Source: Chitinophagales bacterium (lineage in GTDB: Bacteria > Bacteroidota > Bacteroidia > Chitinophagales > LD1). From it: a stretch of 64,000 nucleotides of DNA. The stretch is taken from positions 965 to 64,964 of the forward strand of contig JBGAHI010000009.1 of the NCBI GenBank assembly GCA_044226285.1. The letters run 5' to 3'. Position numbers and translations under genes: made by a program. The notes under the pieces are model-generated. The model worked only from the letters and a program-made list of their open reading frames with translations, had not been told where the DNA came from and made no database searches. Of the stretch, positions 37,951 through 49,717 are shown one piece after another; the stretch's first letter is position 1, and each line of letters begins with the position of its first letter.

Positions 37951-38868
37951 TTAATCAATTAATTTCAGCTCGAATATAGCTTTATCGTAGATGGCTTGCT
38001 CCAAATTAATCTTATCGTTATCCACAGGGAACACAATTGTGTAGGGTTCTTGTTCACCTTCTTTGTAGTAGCTTACTTGAAAGGCAAAGCCGGTAACATC
38101 TTTCGATGTGAACGATTCGTTGAGTTTCATCAAAATAATCACCTTGCCATCCGGTGCTAATTGGTTACCCGATTCACGCATCGTTAACACCTGCATTTCC
38201 GGTGTGTAAGTAGGCACTTTCACAGCTCCTTTGGCTTTAATGGCAATGCGTTGTAAAAGTTTTGATGAGCTGGCAAATTGCACCACACCATCACCCTCCA
38301 CAGCATCTTTTAACGAATTGTTTTTCGATAAATAAGTGAAAAAACGTTTCTCGCTGGTGTTCGGAATAATGGCTTTTAATTCGCCATAGGTGAAATCCAT
38401 AATCTTTTCACCGTTTTTGATGTCGAAATACGTGTAGGTGTCTTCTTGCTCACCGGTAGTAGGGTAGTGGACGTTCACCACTTTGAGTGAGTAATCTATA
38501 TCAGCGGCTTCAATGTCTTTTGTCCAATCGATTTTTGTGCCCTCTAAACTTTTGCATGAAATCTTGAATTGCTTTGCTGTATTGGCATCTTGGGATAATT
38601 GTCTGCTTTCACTTTGTTCAATACTCAATAGTACTTTAGCGCTGTCTTTACCTGCCAATTCTAAAATATCGAACTTGCTTTCGGTTTTGGAGAAGAACAG
38701 TTTTCCGTCTTTTTTCGTTACCGAAATTTTAGAAGGAATATTCTTTTCATACACTGAATCACCTCCACTCGTTGTTGTAGAAGTCTCGTTTTTACAGGCA
38801 TTTAACAGAATCCCTAATAAGATTAGGATGCCGAAAATGACATTCGTGTTCGAATATTTAAAACTCAT
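37951..38868 (-). CDS. Hypothetical lipoprotein
   Basis: Lipobox LNAC-KN; overlaps the folD stop. Confidence 0.75.
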   Translation of the reverse strand: MSFKYSNTNVIFGILILLGILLNACKNETSTTTSGGDSVYEKNIPSKISVTKKDGKLFFSKTESKFDILELAGKDSAKVLLSIEQSESRQLSQDANTAKQFKISCKSLEGTKIDWTKDIEAADIDYSLKVVNVHYPTTGEQEDTYTYFDIKNGEKIMDFTYGELKAIIPNTSEKRFFTYLSKNNSLKDAVEGDGVVQFASSSKLLQRIAIKAKGAVKVPTYTPEMQVLTMRESGNQLAPDGKVIILMKLNESFTSKDVTGFAFQVSYYKEGEQEPYTIVFPVDNDKINLEQAIYDKAIFELKLID

Positions 38869-39739
38869 GTTTATAGGCTTTAAGTGTATTTAATAAAAGA
38901 GAAACAACGGTCATTGGACCAACACCGCCCGGAACAGGGGTAATGGCCGATGCTTTAGGTGCCACCTCTGCAAACTTCACATCGCCTTTCAAACGCCAAC
39001 CGGCTTTGGCTGTAGCATCTGTAACGCGAGTTGTTCCAACGTCAATAATCACGGCTCCTTCTTTCACCATATCCCCCGTCAAAAATTCAGGCTTACCTAA
39101 TGCCGCAATAATGATATCGGCTTGTAAGCAAATTTCTTTTAGGTTTTTGGTTTTGGAATGACAAACCGTAACCGTGGCATTGCCTGTTTTTCCGGCACTC
39201 GACATTAAGATACTCATCGGTCGGCCCACAATATTGCTTCTGCCAATCACCACACAGTTTTTGCCTTCTGTGGCAATGTTGTAACGTTCTAATATTTTCG
39301 TGATGCCTAGTGGTGTTGCCGATACATATGCATCGATGCCCAATGCCACACGGCCAACATTAATGGGATGAAAACCATCCACATCTTTTTTCGGATCGAT
39401 GTGAAGGATAACATTATCGGCTGAAATGCTTTTCGGTAAAGGCAACTGAACAATGAATCCATCAATTGTATCATCGTTATTCAGTTTGGTGATTTCTGCC
39501 ATCAATTCTGCTTCAGTGATGGTATCAGGAAAACGGAGCATTGTCGATTTAAAACCTACTTGCTCACAGGCTTTTACTTTATGTCCAACATAAGTTTCAC
39601 TTCCTCCGTCATTTCCCACTAAAATAGCAGCTAAGTGTGGAGCACGTTTGCCTTTGGCAACATATGTCGCAACTTCCGCAGCAATTTCCTGTTTCAATTC
39701 ATCAGCTAATTTCTTTCCATCGAGGAGAAGTGGTTCCAT
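38858..39739 (-). CDS. folD: Methylenetetrahydrofolate dehydrogenase/cyclohydrolase
   Basis: [35 protein letters not shown]. Confidence 0.96.
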   Translation of the reverse strand: MEPLLLDGKKLADELKQEIAAEVATYVAKGKRAPHLAAILVGNDGGSETYVGHKVKACEQVGFKSTMLRFPDTITEAELMAEITKLNNDDTIDGFIVQLPLPKSISADNVILHIDPKKDVDGFHPINVGRVALGIDAYVSATPLGITKILERYNIATEGKNCVVIGRSNIVGRPMSILMSSAGKTGNATVTVCHSKTKNLKEICLQADIIIAALGKPEFLTGDMVKEGAVIIDVGTTRVTDATAKAGWRLKGDVKFAEVAPKASAITPVPGGVGPMTVVSLLLNTLKAYKHEF

Positions 39740-39808
39740 GGGTAATTTATTTTGATGGGTTTGTTAATCTATATAACGAAAAACAGCCGAAAATATTGAA
39801 TGCTGTTC

Positions 39809-41599
39809 TTAATCGTTCAGCTTCAATACAGAAATAAAGGCTTCTTGCGGCACTTCTACTTTACCAAACTGACGCATTCTTTTCTTTCCTTTTTTCTGTT
39901 TTTCCAAGAGCTTACGTTTACGCGAAATATCACCACCGTAACATTTTGCGGTAACGTCTTTACGCAAGGCAGAAATGGTTTCACGGGCAATTACTTTTGC
40001 TCCAATAGCAGCCTGAATTGGAATAGAGAACTGTTGAGGCGGAATTAACTCCTTTAATTTTTCGCACATTCTTCTGCCGAAATCTTCCGCTTTAGTACGG
40101 TGAATCATGGCACTAAATGCATCTACACGTTCAGCATTCAATAGAATATCTAGTTTTACTAAATCGCCTTTTCTAAAATCAATTCTGTGATAATCGAAAG
40201 AAGCGTAACCTCTCGAAATGGATTTTAGTTTATCGTAAAAGTCAAAAACAATTTCAGCCATTGGCATCTCAAACATCATCTCCACACGGTCTTCCGTCAA
40301 ATAATTCTGACTGGTTAGAATACCGCGTTTATCCATGCAAAGCGAAATAATACTTCCGAAATATTCCGGTTTCGTAATCACTTGTGCACGAATATAGGGC
40401 TCTTCCAATCTTTCAATTCGCTGAATTTCTGGCATATCGGCCGGGTTGTTAATCACCAGTTGGGTACCATCGGTAAGATATGCGTTGTATGAAACTTGAG
40501 GAACGGTGGTTATAATCGACATGTCGTATTCCCGCTCCAGACGCTCTGTAACAATTTCTAAGTGTAACAAGCCTAAGAATCCACAACGGAATCCAAATCC
40601 CAACGCAATCGATGTTTCCGGTTCAAATACCAATGATGCATCGTTCAATTGCAGCTTCTCTAAAGAATCTCTTAAATCAGCATAATCATCATTATCTAAC
40701 GGATAGATACCAGCAAATACCATTGGTTTCACATCTTCAAAACCGTGAATCGCTTCTTCACACGGGTTTGTAGCTGATGTAATGGTATCACCCACTTTAA
40801 TCTCTTTCGAATTTTTGATTCCGGTAATAATATAGCCCACATCTCCGGTTTTCACTTCCGGACGAGGTTCCATATCCATACGTAAAACGCCCACCTCATC
40901 CGCGTTGTAGACATTGGCTGTGTGGAAGAATTTCACCTGATCTCCTTTTTTAATCGAGCCATCTACTACTCGGTAGTAGGCTATAACGCCACGGAAAGAG
41001 TTGAACATAGAGTCGAATATCAAAGCACGGAATGGCGCGTCTTGTTTTCCTTTTGGGGCAGGGATACGCTCTACAATAGCGCGCAAAATTTCATCCACAC
41101 CTTGTCCGGTTCTACCACTGGCGCGAATAATTTCTTCGCGTTTACAGCCGGTAAGGTTCATCATTTGATCTTCTACCAATTCCGGATCGGCTCCCGGCAT
41201 ATCAATTTTATTGATCACAGGAATAATGGTCATGCCCAATTCAACCGCCAAATAAAGGTTTGAAATGGTTTGTGCTTGAATACCCTGTGAGGCATCCACC
41301 AACAACAATACGCCTTCGCAAGCTGCTAGTGAACGCGAAACTTCATACGAAAAATCTACGTGGCCCGGGGTATCAATCAAGTTGAAGGCATACTTTTGTC
41401 CATCTTGAAAGTAATCCATTTGGATGGCGTGACTCTTAATGGTAATCCCACGTTCGCGTTCCAAATCCATGTTATCCAAAACGGTGTCCATCATCTGGCG
41501 CTCCGAAATGGTTTTCGTAGTTTCAATTAAACGGTCGGCAAGCGTACTTTTACCGTGGTCAATGTGTGCTATAATGCAAAAATTACGGATGTTTTCCAT
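39809..41599 (-). CDS. lepA: Elongation factor 4
   Basis: [58 protein letters not shown]. Confidence 0.98.
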   Translation of the reverse strand: MENIRNFCIIAHIDHGKSTLADRLIETTKTISERQMMDTVLDNMDLERERGITIKSHAIQMDYFQDGQKYAFNLIDTPGHVDFSYEVSRSLAACEGVLLLVDASQGIQAQTISNLYLAVELGMTIIPVINKIDMPGADPELVEDQMMNLTGCKREEIIRASGRTGQGVDEILRAIVERIPAPKGKQDAPFRALIFDSMFNSFRGVIAYYRVVDGSIKKGDQVKFFHTANVYNADEVGVLRMDMEPRPEVKTGDVGYIITGIKNSKEIKVGDTITSATNPCEEAIHGFEDVKPMVFAGIYPLDNDDYADLRDSLEKLQLNDASLVFEPETSIALGFGFRCGFLGLLHLEIVTERLEREYDMSIITTVPQVSYNAYLTDGTQLVINNPADMPEIQRIERLEEPYIRAQVITKPEYFGSIISLCMDKRGILTSQNYLTEDRVEMMFEMPMAEIVFDFYDKLKSISRGYASFDYHRIDFRKGDLVKLDILLNAERVDAFSAMIHRTKAEDFGRRMCEKLKELIPPQQFSIPIQAAIGAKVIARETISALRKDVTAKCYGGDISRKRKLLEKQKKGKKRMRQFGKVEVPQEAFISVLKLND

Positions 41600-41684
41600 G
41601 TCGCGAAAATAATCTATAATATGGGAAAAACTAGCGCTAGGGCTAAGTTAATATCCACTAAAATTAAACAGTTACTGTCTTTGC

Positions 41685-42200
41685 TTATTGTCCTTTAGCT
41701 AAAACGTTGGCTTTGATAATGAGCACCGTTTGGTTTGGCTCAGTATTGGTTTTCACAGTAACCGTTTTTACTTGCGTGCCGAATTTATCTTTAGAATCGA
41801 ATTGCACTTTAATTTCCCCACTTTCTCCCGGTTTTATTGGTTTCTCCGGCCATTCCGGAGAAGTGCAACCGCAACTACCAATGGCATTGCTCACCAATAA
41901 ATCAGCAGTTCCGGTGTTGGTAAATTTAAATGTGGTATTACTTAATACGTTTTCTTTCACTGTGCCAAAATCAAATTCCTTTTTGTCAAAAGCTATAGTT
42001 GTAATAGGACCTCGCTGATTTTCCTTCAAATCATAATAAGGATCTTCGGGAATCTTAGTAAATGGGGAGGTCTCTTTTTCCAAATCCTTAATTTGTTGCT
42101 GTAGCGTACTTACTTGTTTGGATAACTTGAAGATATAAAACGTACTTCCGCCCAATAAGGCTAGAAGTGCTACAATAATTAGGATTGACAAGGATTTCAC
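41685..42200 (-). CDS. DUF1573 domain membrane-anchored protein
   Basis: FDFGTV...FKFTNTG...SCGCTSP...IKPGESG...KTVTVKTN; N-terminal TM. Confidence 0.85.
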   Translation of the reverse strand: MKSLSILIIVALLALLGGSTFYIFKLSKQVSTLQQQIKDLEKETSPFTKIPEDPYYDLKENQRGPITTIAFDKKEFDFGTVKENVLSNTTFKFTNTGTADLLVSNAIGSCGCTSPEWPEKPIKPGESGEIKVQFDSKDKFGTQVKTVTVKTNTEPNQTVLIIKANVLAKGQ

Positions 42201-42205
42201 GGTAG

Positions 42206-42730
42206 TTATTTTAAACCTAATTCACCCAAAATTTGCGCAATCCATTTGTCTAAACGTTCGTTGGTTAACTCGTCTTGATTGTCAACATCAATACATAACC
42301 CCACAAACATATCGCCACGAAGGGCTTTAGAATGATCGTATTCGTATCCTTTTGTAGGCCAGAAACCAACCAGTGTTCCGTTTTTCTTCTCCACAATATC
42401 GGCAAAAACACCTAATGCATCACAGAAATAAGACGCGTAGCCGTACTGATCACCTAATCCGAAGAAGGCTACTTTTTTTGTCGAGAAATCTACTTGCTCC
42501 ATTTCCGGAATAAATTCCTCCCAGTCGCCCTGTAATTCACCATCGTACCAAGTTGGCATACCCAAAATAAGAATGTCGTAGGCCTCAAAATCTTCTTTTT
42601 TCTTTTTGTAGATTTCTTTCAAATCCACCGTATCAGCGCCTAAAATAGCTTCTAATTTTTTCTTCAAATCTTTCGATACTACTTCTGTGTTCCCTGTATC
42701 TGTCCCGTAAAATAATCCTATCTTTTTCAT
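42206..42730 (-). CDS. fldA: Long-chain flavodoxin
   Basis: GLFYGTDTGNTE, GMPTWYDGELQ, FGLGDQYGY, GLCIDVDNQ. Confidence 0.93.
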   Translation of the reverse strand: MKKIGLFYGTDTGNTEVVSKDLKKKLEAILGADTVDLKEIYKKKKEDFEAYDILILGMPTWYDGELQGDWEEFIPEMEQVDFSTKKVAFFGLGDQYGYASYFCDALGVFADIVEKKNGTLVGFWPTKGYEYDHSKALRGDMFVGLCIDVDNQDELTNERLDKWIAQILGELGLK

Positions 42731-42764
42731 GTGTATGTATGGTTGTCGCTTTGTTTAGAAGCGT

Positions 42765-44432
42765 TTATTTCTTTTTCTTATTGAATACTTTCTCTTTTTC
42801 TTTCTCTTTTTGTTTGAGTTCTTTTTCTACTTTTTTCTGCTCTTTTTTTGTGGGTGTAAGTATGGCGAATTGATCGGTATTAATTAGCTCTATTGCTTTT
42901 TTGTACGATGTGTTCGATTGGTTCGCTACTTCCCAGAAGGTATTATTGTCGAATAAATTTCTCGCAATTAAACTCTTCGTTTGATTCAAGAACAAAGGCA
43001 TAGAACGTGCTATCTGAGCGCTATCGCGGGTAATCGAGTCTTTGTCGGCTTTCGCAAACAGTAAATCAATTACTTCTTTTTTTGGATCAAAGTTCATAAC
43101 AAATTGCTCTGCCGTTGGGTATTGCTCTTTAAGTTTACTTCTGTTTACATCAACATACTCCGTGCAGAAATTGTTCAATACACCCTTTCTTCTTATTTGC
43201 TGATAGTACTCCGAATTTACAGAAGTATCAATCGGAATAAACACATCCGGCACTACACCGCCACCGCCAAATACCTTGCGTTTATTTTTGGTGTAAAACA
43301 ACAACGAATCCGGGAAATGTGTAGTGTCGGCACCAAACAATTCACCGCTTTTCAAACGCTTACTGTATTCATCGTAGTAGTCTTTCTTGCCTTCGTTATA
43401 AGGACGTTGAATACATCTTCCACTTGAAGTATAATAGTGCGCAACCGTCAATCGCACCAACGAACCATCCGCAAAGCCAAACGGTTTCTGTACCAATCCT
43501 TTTCCGAATGAACGTCTGCCCACAATAATGGCTCTATCCAAATCTTGCATACAACCCGAATAAATTTCAGCCGCTGATGCTGATCCTTCATCAATCAACA
43601 CCACTAATTTTCCTTTCGGAAATGAAGCTCGTCCATCGCTGAAATACTCTTCCTTCTTAGAATGTACGCCTTCTGTATAAACAATAGGTTCCTTTTCGTT
43701 CGGGATAAATTCGTTACACAATTGAATAGCTGTAGTTAAATAGCCGCCCGAATTGCCTTCCATGTCCATAATCAAACTCTCCATGCCTTGCGCTTTCAGC
43801 TTTTCCATGGCTTGGCGGAATTCGTTCATCGTTGTAGCCGAGAAACGTACCACCTTGATATAGCCTATTCCCGGAGCAGCCATATACGATGCTTCAACGG
43901 AGTACACGGGGATTTTATCGCGGGTAATCGTGAATTCCAACAGGCATTTTGCACTTCTACGTACCACACCTACCTTTACCTGTGTGCCTTTCGGACCACG
44001 TAAACGTTTAATTACACCTTCGTTTTCGATTTTGATGTTCGCCACTACCGTATCGTTAATTTTTACAATACGATCGCCTTCCATCAAACCCACTTTCTGT
44101 GAGGGTCCACCGGAAATCACCTCATTAATCATAATGGTATCTTTCCAAATTTGGAAGGTAACGCCAATGCCATCAAAGTTGCCTACTAAAGGCTCTTCGT
44201 TGCGTTTTACATCTTTCTGCACGATATAAGTAGAGTGTGGATCGAGCTCCTCCAACATCTTCACAATAGCGGCATTGGCAATTTTTTCATTGTCAACCGT
44301 ATCGGTGTAATAGCTGTTGATGAGGCGCATCATCTCTTTCAACTTCTCGCCTTGATCTAATTTCTGCTGACCAAATGTTTGAGTAAACAGGGTGCATGCA
44401 AAAAGTAGTGCGAAATTTCTTATTAATCTCAT
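42765..44432 (-). CDS. S41 carboxyl-terminal processing protease
   Basis: LDPHS, PDZ GIGV, SASAAEI, GRRSFGKGLVQ, GGVVPD. Confidence 0.92.
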   Translation of the reverse strand: MRLIRNFALLFACTLFTQTFGQQKLDQGEKLKEMMRLINSYYTDTVDNEKIANAAIVKMLEELDPHSTYIVQKDVKRNEEPLVGNFDGIGVTFQIWKDTIMINEVISGGPSQKVGLMEGDRIVKINDTVVANIKIENEGVIKRLRGPKGTQVKVGVVRRSAKCLLEFTITRDKIPVYSVEASYMAAPGIGYIKVVRFSATTMNEFRQAMEKLKAQGMESLIMDMEGNSGGYLTTAIQLCNEFIPNEKEPIVYTEGVHSKKEEYFSDGRASFPKGKLVVLIDEGSASAAEIYSGCMQDLDRAIIVGRRSFGKGLVQKPFGFADGSLVRLTVAHYYTSSGRCIQRPYNEGKKDYYDEYSKRLKSGELFGADTTHFPDSLLFYTKNKRKVFGGGGVVPDVFIPIDTSVNSEYYQQIRRKGVLNNFCTEYVDVNRSKLKEQYPTAEQFVMNFDPKKEVIDLLFAKADKDSITRDSAQIARSMPLFLNQTKSLIARNLFDNNTFWEVANQSNTSYKKAIELINTDQFAILTPTKKEQKKVEKELKQKEKEKEKVFNKKKK

Positions 44433-44598
44433 TTGCGAGTTATATAATTGCGTTGTAAATAAACGGGTGCGAATTTAGAAAAAAATGCACCGCTACATAC
44501 AGCATTTTAATTTAATTAAACATTCTTTGGGTTTGTTTTTGTAGTTTAAGCCCGTTTGAACGCACATTTATTGACTTTTTATATAGAAATACCGCATC

Positions 44599-47382
44599 AT
44601 GGAGTTTGATTTTCGAAGAATTGAGGAGGAGTACCGTAAGTATTGGATTGAAAATGAGGTGTATACCGTAACGGAAGACAGCACTAAACCGAAGTATTAT
44701 GTGCTGGATATGTTCCCGTACCCAAGTGGAGCAGGTTTGCACGTAGGGCACCCGCTGGGCTATGTGGCTTCCGATATTTTTTCGCGCTACAAACGCATGA
44801 AAGGCTTTAATGTATTGCATCCTATGGGTTTTGATGCTTTCGGTTTGCCGGCTGAACAGTATGCGATTGAAACCGGAACACATCCGCAAGTAACCACCGA
44901 TAAAGCTATTGCTACCTACAAGGAGCAGCTAGCGAAAATTGGCTTCAGCTACGATTGGACGCGCGAGGTGAAAACCTGCGATCCCGATTATTATAAATGG
45001 ACACAGTGGATTTTCTTGCAATTGTTCGATAGTTGGTACAACAAGGAAAGCAACAAAGCCGAGAAAATCGAAACCTTATTAGCTCGTTTTGAAAAAGAGA
45101 ACAGAACTGTTGATGTTGATGGACAACCGAAACAGTGGAACTCATTAACAGAAGACGAAAAACAAATGCAATTAATGCATTACCGTTTGGCGTTTCAATC
45201 CTACACCGAAGTGAACTGGTGCGAGGCTTTGGGTTGTGTGTTGGCGAACGATGAAGTGAAAGATGGAAAAAGCGAGCGCGGTGGTTTCCCCATTGAGCGC
45301 AGAAAGATGAAGCAATGGAGTTTGCGCATCACTGCTTATGCCGATCGTTTGTTGGAAGGCCTGGAAACCTTGGAGTGGAGCGAATCCATGAAGGAAATGC
45401 AACGCAATTGGATTGGTAGGAGCGAAGGGGCGTTGATTGATTTCAAAGTGAAAGATCGTGAAGATTTTATTAAAGTGTTCACCACCCGTGCCGATACTAT
45501 TTTTGGAGCAACATTTTTAGTGCTTTCACCCGAACACGAATTAGTAGAGCAATTGGTTACTGACGAACAGAAGGCAACCATCGATGAGTATGTGGCGTAT
45601 GTGAAAAGCCGCTCGGATGTGGAACGTCAGCAAGAGAAAAAAGTGACCGGTGCATTTACCGGAGCCTATGCTTTGAATCCGTTCAACGGCACACCTATTC
45701 CGATTTACATTGCCGAATATGTGTTAGCAGGCTATGGAACCGGTGCTATTATGGCAGTGCCGGCCGATGATGAGCGCGATAAAAAGTTTGCAGAGAAGTT
45801 TGGTCTACCGGTAATTGAAGTGATCGATAAATCAATGTATCCGGGAGCTACCATTGAAGATAAGTTAGGCAAGATGATCAACTCTGAATTCTTGAATGGA
45901 ATGGAGGTGAAAGATGCTATTGCCAAAATGTTGGATGAAGTGGAAAGTCGCAATATTGGTTCGCGTAAAGTGAATTACAAATTGCGTGATGCGAGTTTCA
46001 GTCGTCAGCGTTATTGGGGTGAACCTATTCCGGTGCGTTACAAAGTGGTGGGCGAGCCCGATTCTCCGTTGAAAGGCGAAAGTGATGATATTCCTTACGC
46101 TTTATCGGCTAACGAATTGCCATTGGTATTGCCGGAAGTGGATTCCTTCAAACCGAGTGGTGACGGACGTTCGCCATTAGCCAACAATGCCGAATGGGTA
46201 GCGAAAAACTACGAAACTGATACTATGCCGGGCTATGCTGGCAGTAGTTGGTATTTCTTGCGCTACATGGATCCGAAAAACAAAGAATCTTTTGCCGCTA
46301 AAGATAAATTGGACTACTGGCAAAATGTGGATTTGTATTTAGGCGGAAATGAGCATGCTGTGGGGCATTTGTTGTATGCGCGTTTGTGGACGAAAGTGTT
46401 GTACGACCTTGGTTACGTGCCTTTCGATGAGCCGTTTAAGAAGTTGGTGAATCAGGGGATGATACAGGGTGTTTCAAACTTCTTGAGTCGTATTGAGAAT
46501 GAAAACAAATTTGTTTCATCAAGATTAGTGGATGGATATTTACATGATGGAGTTAAAGTTGATTCTGTCAGAACGAACATTGAATTTGTTGATAGTAAAG
46601 ATGAATTAGATGTAGATGCTTTCATTAAGTGGCGGCCAGAGTATAAAGATTTTGAGTTTGAGCGTACAAATGGAACATTTCATGTAATGAGTGTTGTCGA
46701 AAAAATGTCCAAGTCGAAATACAATGTTGTCAATCCTGATGATGTTATCGCAACATATGGAGCCGATTGTTTCCGTATGTTTGAAATGTTCTTAGGGCCT
46801 ATCGAGCAATCAAAACCATGGGATGATAAGGGTATCAGCGGGGTGTCGAGTTTCTTGCGTAAGTTTTGGCGCTTGTTCTACAGCGAAACCGCATGGAAAG
46901 TAACCGATGAAACGCCTACCGATAAAGAGTTGAAGGTATTGCACAAAACCATTAAGAAAATCAATGAAGATGTAGAGAAAATGTCGTTCAATACATCTGT
47001 AAGTCAGTTTATGATTGCCGTAAACGAATTGCAAGATTTGAAATGCAGTAAACGCGCTATTCTTGAGCCGTTGGTATTGTGTTTGGCTCCGTTTGCGCCT
47101 TTTATTACTGAGGAATTGTGGAAAGCATTGGGCAACAATGGTTCTGTGCATCAAGCCGCATTCCCGGCATTGGAAGAAAAATATTTGGTAGAAAGCGAAT
47201 TTGAATATCCGGTGTCTATCAACGGAAAAACACGTGCCTCTATTGCATTGCCTGCCGATATATCACAAGAAGATGCTTTGGCGAAAGTAATGGAAATTGA
47301 AATGGTGCAAAAATGGATGGAAGGTAAGCCGGTGAAGAAATTTGTGTTCGTGAAGGGCCGAATCGTAAACATTGTGGTTTAA
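44599..47382 (+). CDS. leuS: Leucine--tRNA ligase
   Basis: MFPYPSGAGLHVGH (HIGH), editing domain GTGAIMAVP, KMSKS. Confidence 0.98.
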   Translation: MEFDFRRIEEEYRKYWIENEVYTVTEDSTKPKYYVLDMFPYPSGAGLHVGHPLGYVASDIFSRYKRMKGFNVLHPMGFDAFGLPAEQYAIETGTHPQVTTDKAIATYKEQLAKIGFSYDWTREVKTCDPDYYKWTQWIFLQLFDSWYNKESNKAEKIETLLARFEKENRTVDVDGQPKQWNSLTEDEKQMQLMHYRLAFQSYTEVNWCEALGCVLANDEVKDGKSERGGFPIERRKMKQWSLRITAYADRLLEGLETLEWSESMKEMQRNWIGRSEGALIDFKVKDREDFIKVFTTRADTIFGATFLVLSPEHELVEQLVTDEQKATIDEYVAYVKSRSDVERQQEKKVTGAFTGAYALNPFNGTPIPIYIAEYVLAGYGTGAIMAVPADDERDKKFAEKFGLPVIEVIDKSMYPGATIEDKLGKMINSEFLNGMEVKDAIAKMLDEVESRNIGSRKVNYKLRDASFSRQRYWGEPIPVRYKVVGEPDSPLKGESDDIPYALSANELPLVLPEVDSFKPSGDGRSPLANNAEWVAKNYETDTMPGYAGSSWYFLRYMDPKNKESFAAKDKLDYWQNVDLYLGGNEHAVGHLLYARLWTKVLYDLGYVPFDEPFKKLVNQGMIQGVSNFLSRIENENKFVSSRLVDGYLHDGVKVDSVRTNIEFVDSKDELDVDAFIKWRPEYKDFEFERTNGTFHVMSVVEKMSKSKYNVVNPDDVIATYGADCFRMFEMFLGPIEQSKPWDDKGISGVSSFLRKFWRLFYSETAWKVTDETPTDKELKVLHKTIKKINEDVEKMSFNTSVSQFMIAVNELQDLKCSKRAILEPLVLCLAPFAPFITEELWKALGNNGSVHQAAFPALEEKYLVESEFEYPVSINGKTRASIALPADISQEDALAKVMEIEMVQKWMEGKPVKKFVFVKGRIVNIVV

Positions 47383-47390
47383 ATAAATGT

Positions 47391-48737
47391 ATGTCCATAC
47401 AAATAAGTAAATCAACAAAATGGATTGCGCTTTTTGTGCTGTTTCTTTTGTTGGTTCCTTATTTCTGGGCTTCGCTTTACGCTTTCCCTGCAGCAGATGA
47501 TTACTGCTGGTCGTGGGATGTAGTAAAACATCAATTACCCTTATATAAATTTTTGTTGTACAGTTATCGTGATGTGCACAGCCGTATGACAAGCGATGTG
47601 TTCCTCTATTTCGCACCGCTGAATGTGCATTCTTTATTGGGCTATAGGCTTGCACCCATTGTTTTAATGCTGTTGTTTTTGGGAAGTTTGTTTTTCTTTT
47701 TTCAAAAATTATTTCGATTCCAATACTTAGCAACTGCGCTTATCACCTTGCTTTTTGCTTGTGGTACGTTTGCATTATTCCCTTGTTTAGCAGAAGCCTT
47801 TTATTGGTACACCGGAGCATGGACGTACACGCTCGGCACCATTTTGTTCTTCCCGTTTTTATGGAGTTTGATGCACTTTTCAGCGAATAAAAAGCTATCT
47901 GCAGCGTTGCCAGTGATTATCGCCTTTACGCTCTGCTCTACCTGCAGCGAATTGCATTTAATGCTGTGCACCGGCACTTTGGTGCTGATTTTATTGTATC
48001 ATTTGCATGCCCAAACAGTACACCGTGATTGGTTTTTGGTTACATATATTTTGTTGGTGTTCGTATTGTTACTGGTGGTAGCACCGGGTAATTTTCACCG
48101 CAATAGCATGTTCTCACAACAACGCGATGTGTACGCTATAGTTTATCGTTCAACTGTGAATAGTATTGATTTTGCCAGAGCTTGGATGTTTAATCCCTTT
48201 GCATTGGTGATGGCTTTCGGCATTCTATTGTTTGGAGAACAATTGAAAATCAAGGTGGTTCCAATTGTGTTTACACTTTTGTTTTTGGCGATGTTATTAT
48301 TGATTTCAGTTTTCGTTCCCACCTATATTCAAGGCATTATAGGTCAATTGCGAACAGTGAATGCGGTTACTCCTATGTTCTTGTTAGGTTATTTTTATCT
48401 CTTGCTTTGTCTTAGAAAAAACTATTTACAGACCTTTGCTTTGCAGTTTCCGGCTTCTGGAGTGCTATGGTTTGTACTCGTTGTTGTGGCGATTATTTAT
48501 ACCAAAAACACAAAGGTTTTGTATGCCGAATTAGCCGATGAAACCATTGCTAACTGCTATGCAGAGCAAGTTGTTCAACAAGAAAAAATCATGCATTCTA
48601 CTGCCCCGAATTTGGATGATGTTCCAACACTCACCAAACGGAGTATTATCGTGAACTACGATATTAAACCTGGAGAAATAAACTTTGTGAATAATTGTCC
48701 GCGTATTTACCTCAGCAATATGGGCGTATTACAATAA
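47391..48737 (+). CDS. Polytopic membrane protein, DUF6056/GT-C-like
   Basis: PAADDY after the first TM, AFYWYTGA, APGNFHR; many TM segments. Confidence 0.65.
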   Translation: MSIQISKSTKWIALFVLFLLLVPYFWASLYAFPAADDYCWSWDVVKHQLPLYKFLLYSYRDVHSRMTSDVFLYFAPLNVHSLLGYRLAPIVLMLLFLGSLFFFFQKLFRFQYLATALITLLFACGTFALFPCLAEAFYWYTGAWTYTLGTILFFPFLWSLMHFSANKKLSAALPVIIAFTLCSTCSELHLMLCTGTLVLILLYHLHAQTVHRDWFLVTYILLVFVLLLVVAPGNFHRNSMFSQQRDVYAIVYRSTVNSIDFARAWMFNPFALVMAFGILLFGEQLKIKVVPIVFTLLFLAMLLLISVFVPTYIQGIIGQLRTVNAVTPMFLLGYFYLLLCLRKNYLQTFALQFPASGVLWFVLVVVAIIYTKNTKVLYAELADETIANCYAEQVVQQEKIMHSTAPNLDDVPTLTKRSIIVNYDIKPGEINFVNNCPRIYLSNMGVLQ

Positions 48738-48834
48738 AAGTGATTCTTAACTGAGAAGCAATCTGTGTTCTCTTCTTCTGAACTCTTTCCCGATTTCATT
48801 GTTTTATCGTTCAATAGTTTAATTATATTGCAAT

Positions 48835-49614
48835 ATGCTTCTAATCAACAACAAATCAGCCCGACTCTATATTTTCTTAGCTGCGTTTTTCATTGTAAAT
48901 GCAGTAGTAGCCGAATTTATGGGCGTAAAAGTGTTTTCGTTGGACGATACTTTGGGTTGGACGCCATATGTGTTCAATTTCTTCGGACAAGAAATCAAAG
49001 GCTTCAACCTTACTTGTGGCGTTATTTTGTGGCCCTTTGTGTTTGTAATGACCGACATCATTAACGAGTATTTCGGGATGAAAGGCGTTCGTTTCATTTC
49101 TTTTATTGCAGCAGGTTTAATTGCCTATGCTTATATTATGTTGACCTTGGCGATGCACAGTTCGCCTTCTTCGTGGTGGACGTATAGCAGTAACTACGGC
49201 ACGGAACTCGATTTCAACAAGGCTTATATTGCGGTATTCGGACAAGGGAACAACATCATTGTCGGTTCATTGTTGGCGTTTCTGATTGGACAGGTATTGG
49301 ATGTGTTTACCTTTCACTGGATCAAGAAGAAAACAGGGGAGAAGTGGATTTGGTTGCGGAGCACGGGCTCAACGCTTGTTTCTCAGCTCATCGACAGCTT
49401 TGTTGTGCTCTTTTATGCCTTTTACTTAGCGAAATCGGGTACCGCACAACAATGGTCTATTCAGTTAGTATTGGCGGTTTGTACGGTGAATTATATCTAC
49501 AAATTCATTATGGCACTGGCCATGACCCCTGTTATCTATGCCGTTCACGAAGCTATTGAGCGTTATTTGGGACACGATTTGGCCAAGCAATTGAAGGCGG
49601 AAGCGGCACAGTAG
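48835..49614 (+). CDS. yhhQ: Queuosine precursor transporter (VUT family)
   Basis: WPFVFVMTDIINEYFG, SLLAFLIGQVLDV, WLRSTGSTLVSQLIDS. Confidence 0.88.
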   Translation: MLLINNKSARLYIFLAAFFIVNAVVAEFMGVKVFSLDDTLGWTPYVFNFFGQEIKGFNLTCGVILWPFVFVMTDIINEYFGMKGVRFISFIAAGLIAYAYIMLTLAMHSSPSSWWTYSSNYGTELDFNKAYIAVFGQGNNIIVGSLLAFLIGQVLDVFTFHWIKKKTGEKWIWLRSTGSTLVSQLIDSFVVLFYAFYLAKSGTAQQWSIQLVLAVCTVNYIYKFIMALAMTPVIYAVHEAIERYLGHDLAKQLKAEAAQ

Positions 49615-49717
49615 AAATTCAATTTTAGCGGCATTCCCAATTTTTCTTAGTTTGTAGTAAAGGATATATAAACTGAGCAAAAATTATGTAGGTTTGACTC
49701 ACAAAAATCAAAACAAT

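Noticed and set aside
28597-47372. Many 60-170 aa antisense or alternate-frame ORFs inside parE, parC, lepA, the S41 protease and leuS
   Set aside because: Fully overlap well-supported genes and show no recognisable motifs
37287-49614. queE plus yhhQ as a 7-deazaguanine DNA-modification (dpd) island
   Set aside because: Genes are ~11 kb apart among housekeeping genes and no dpdA/tgt paralogue is present; ordinary tRNA queuosine metabolism
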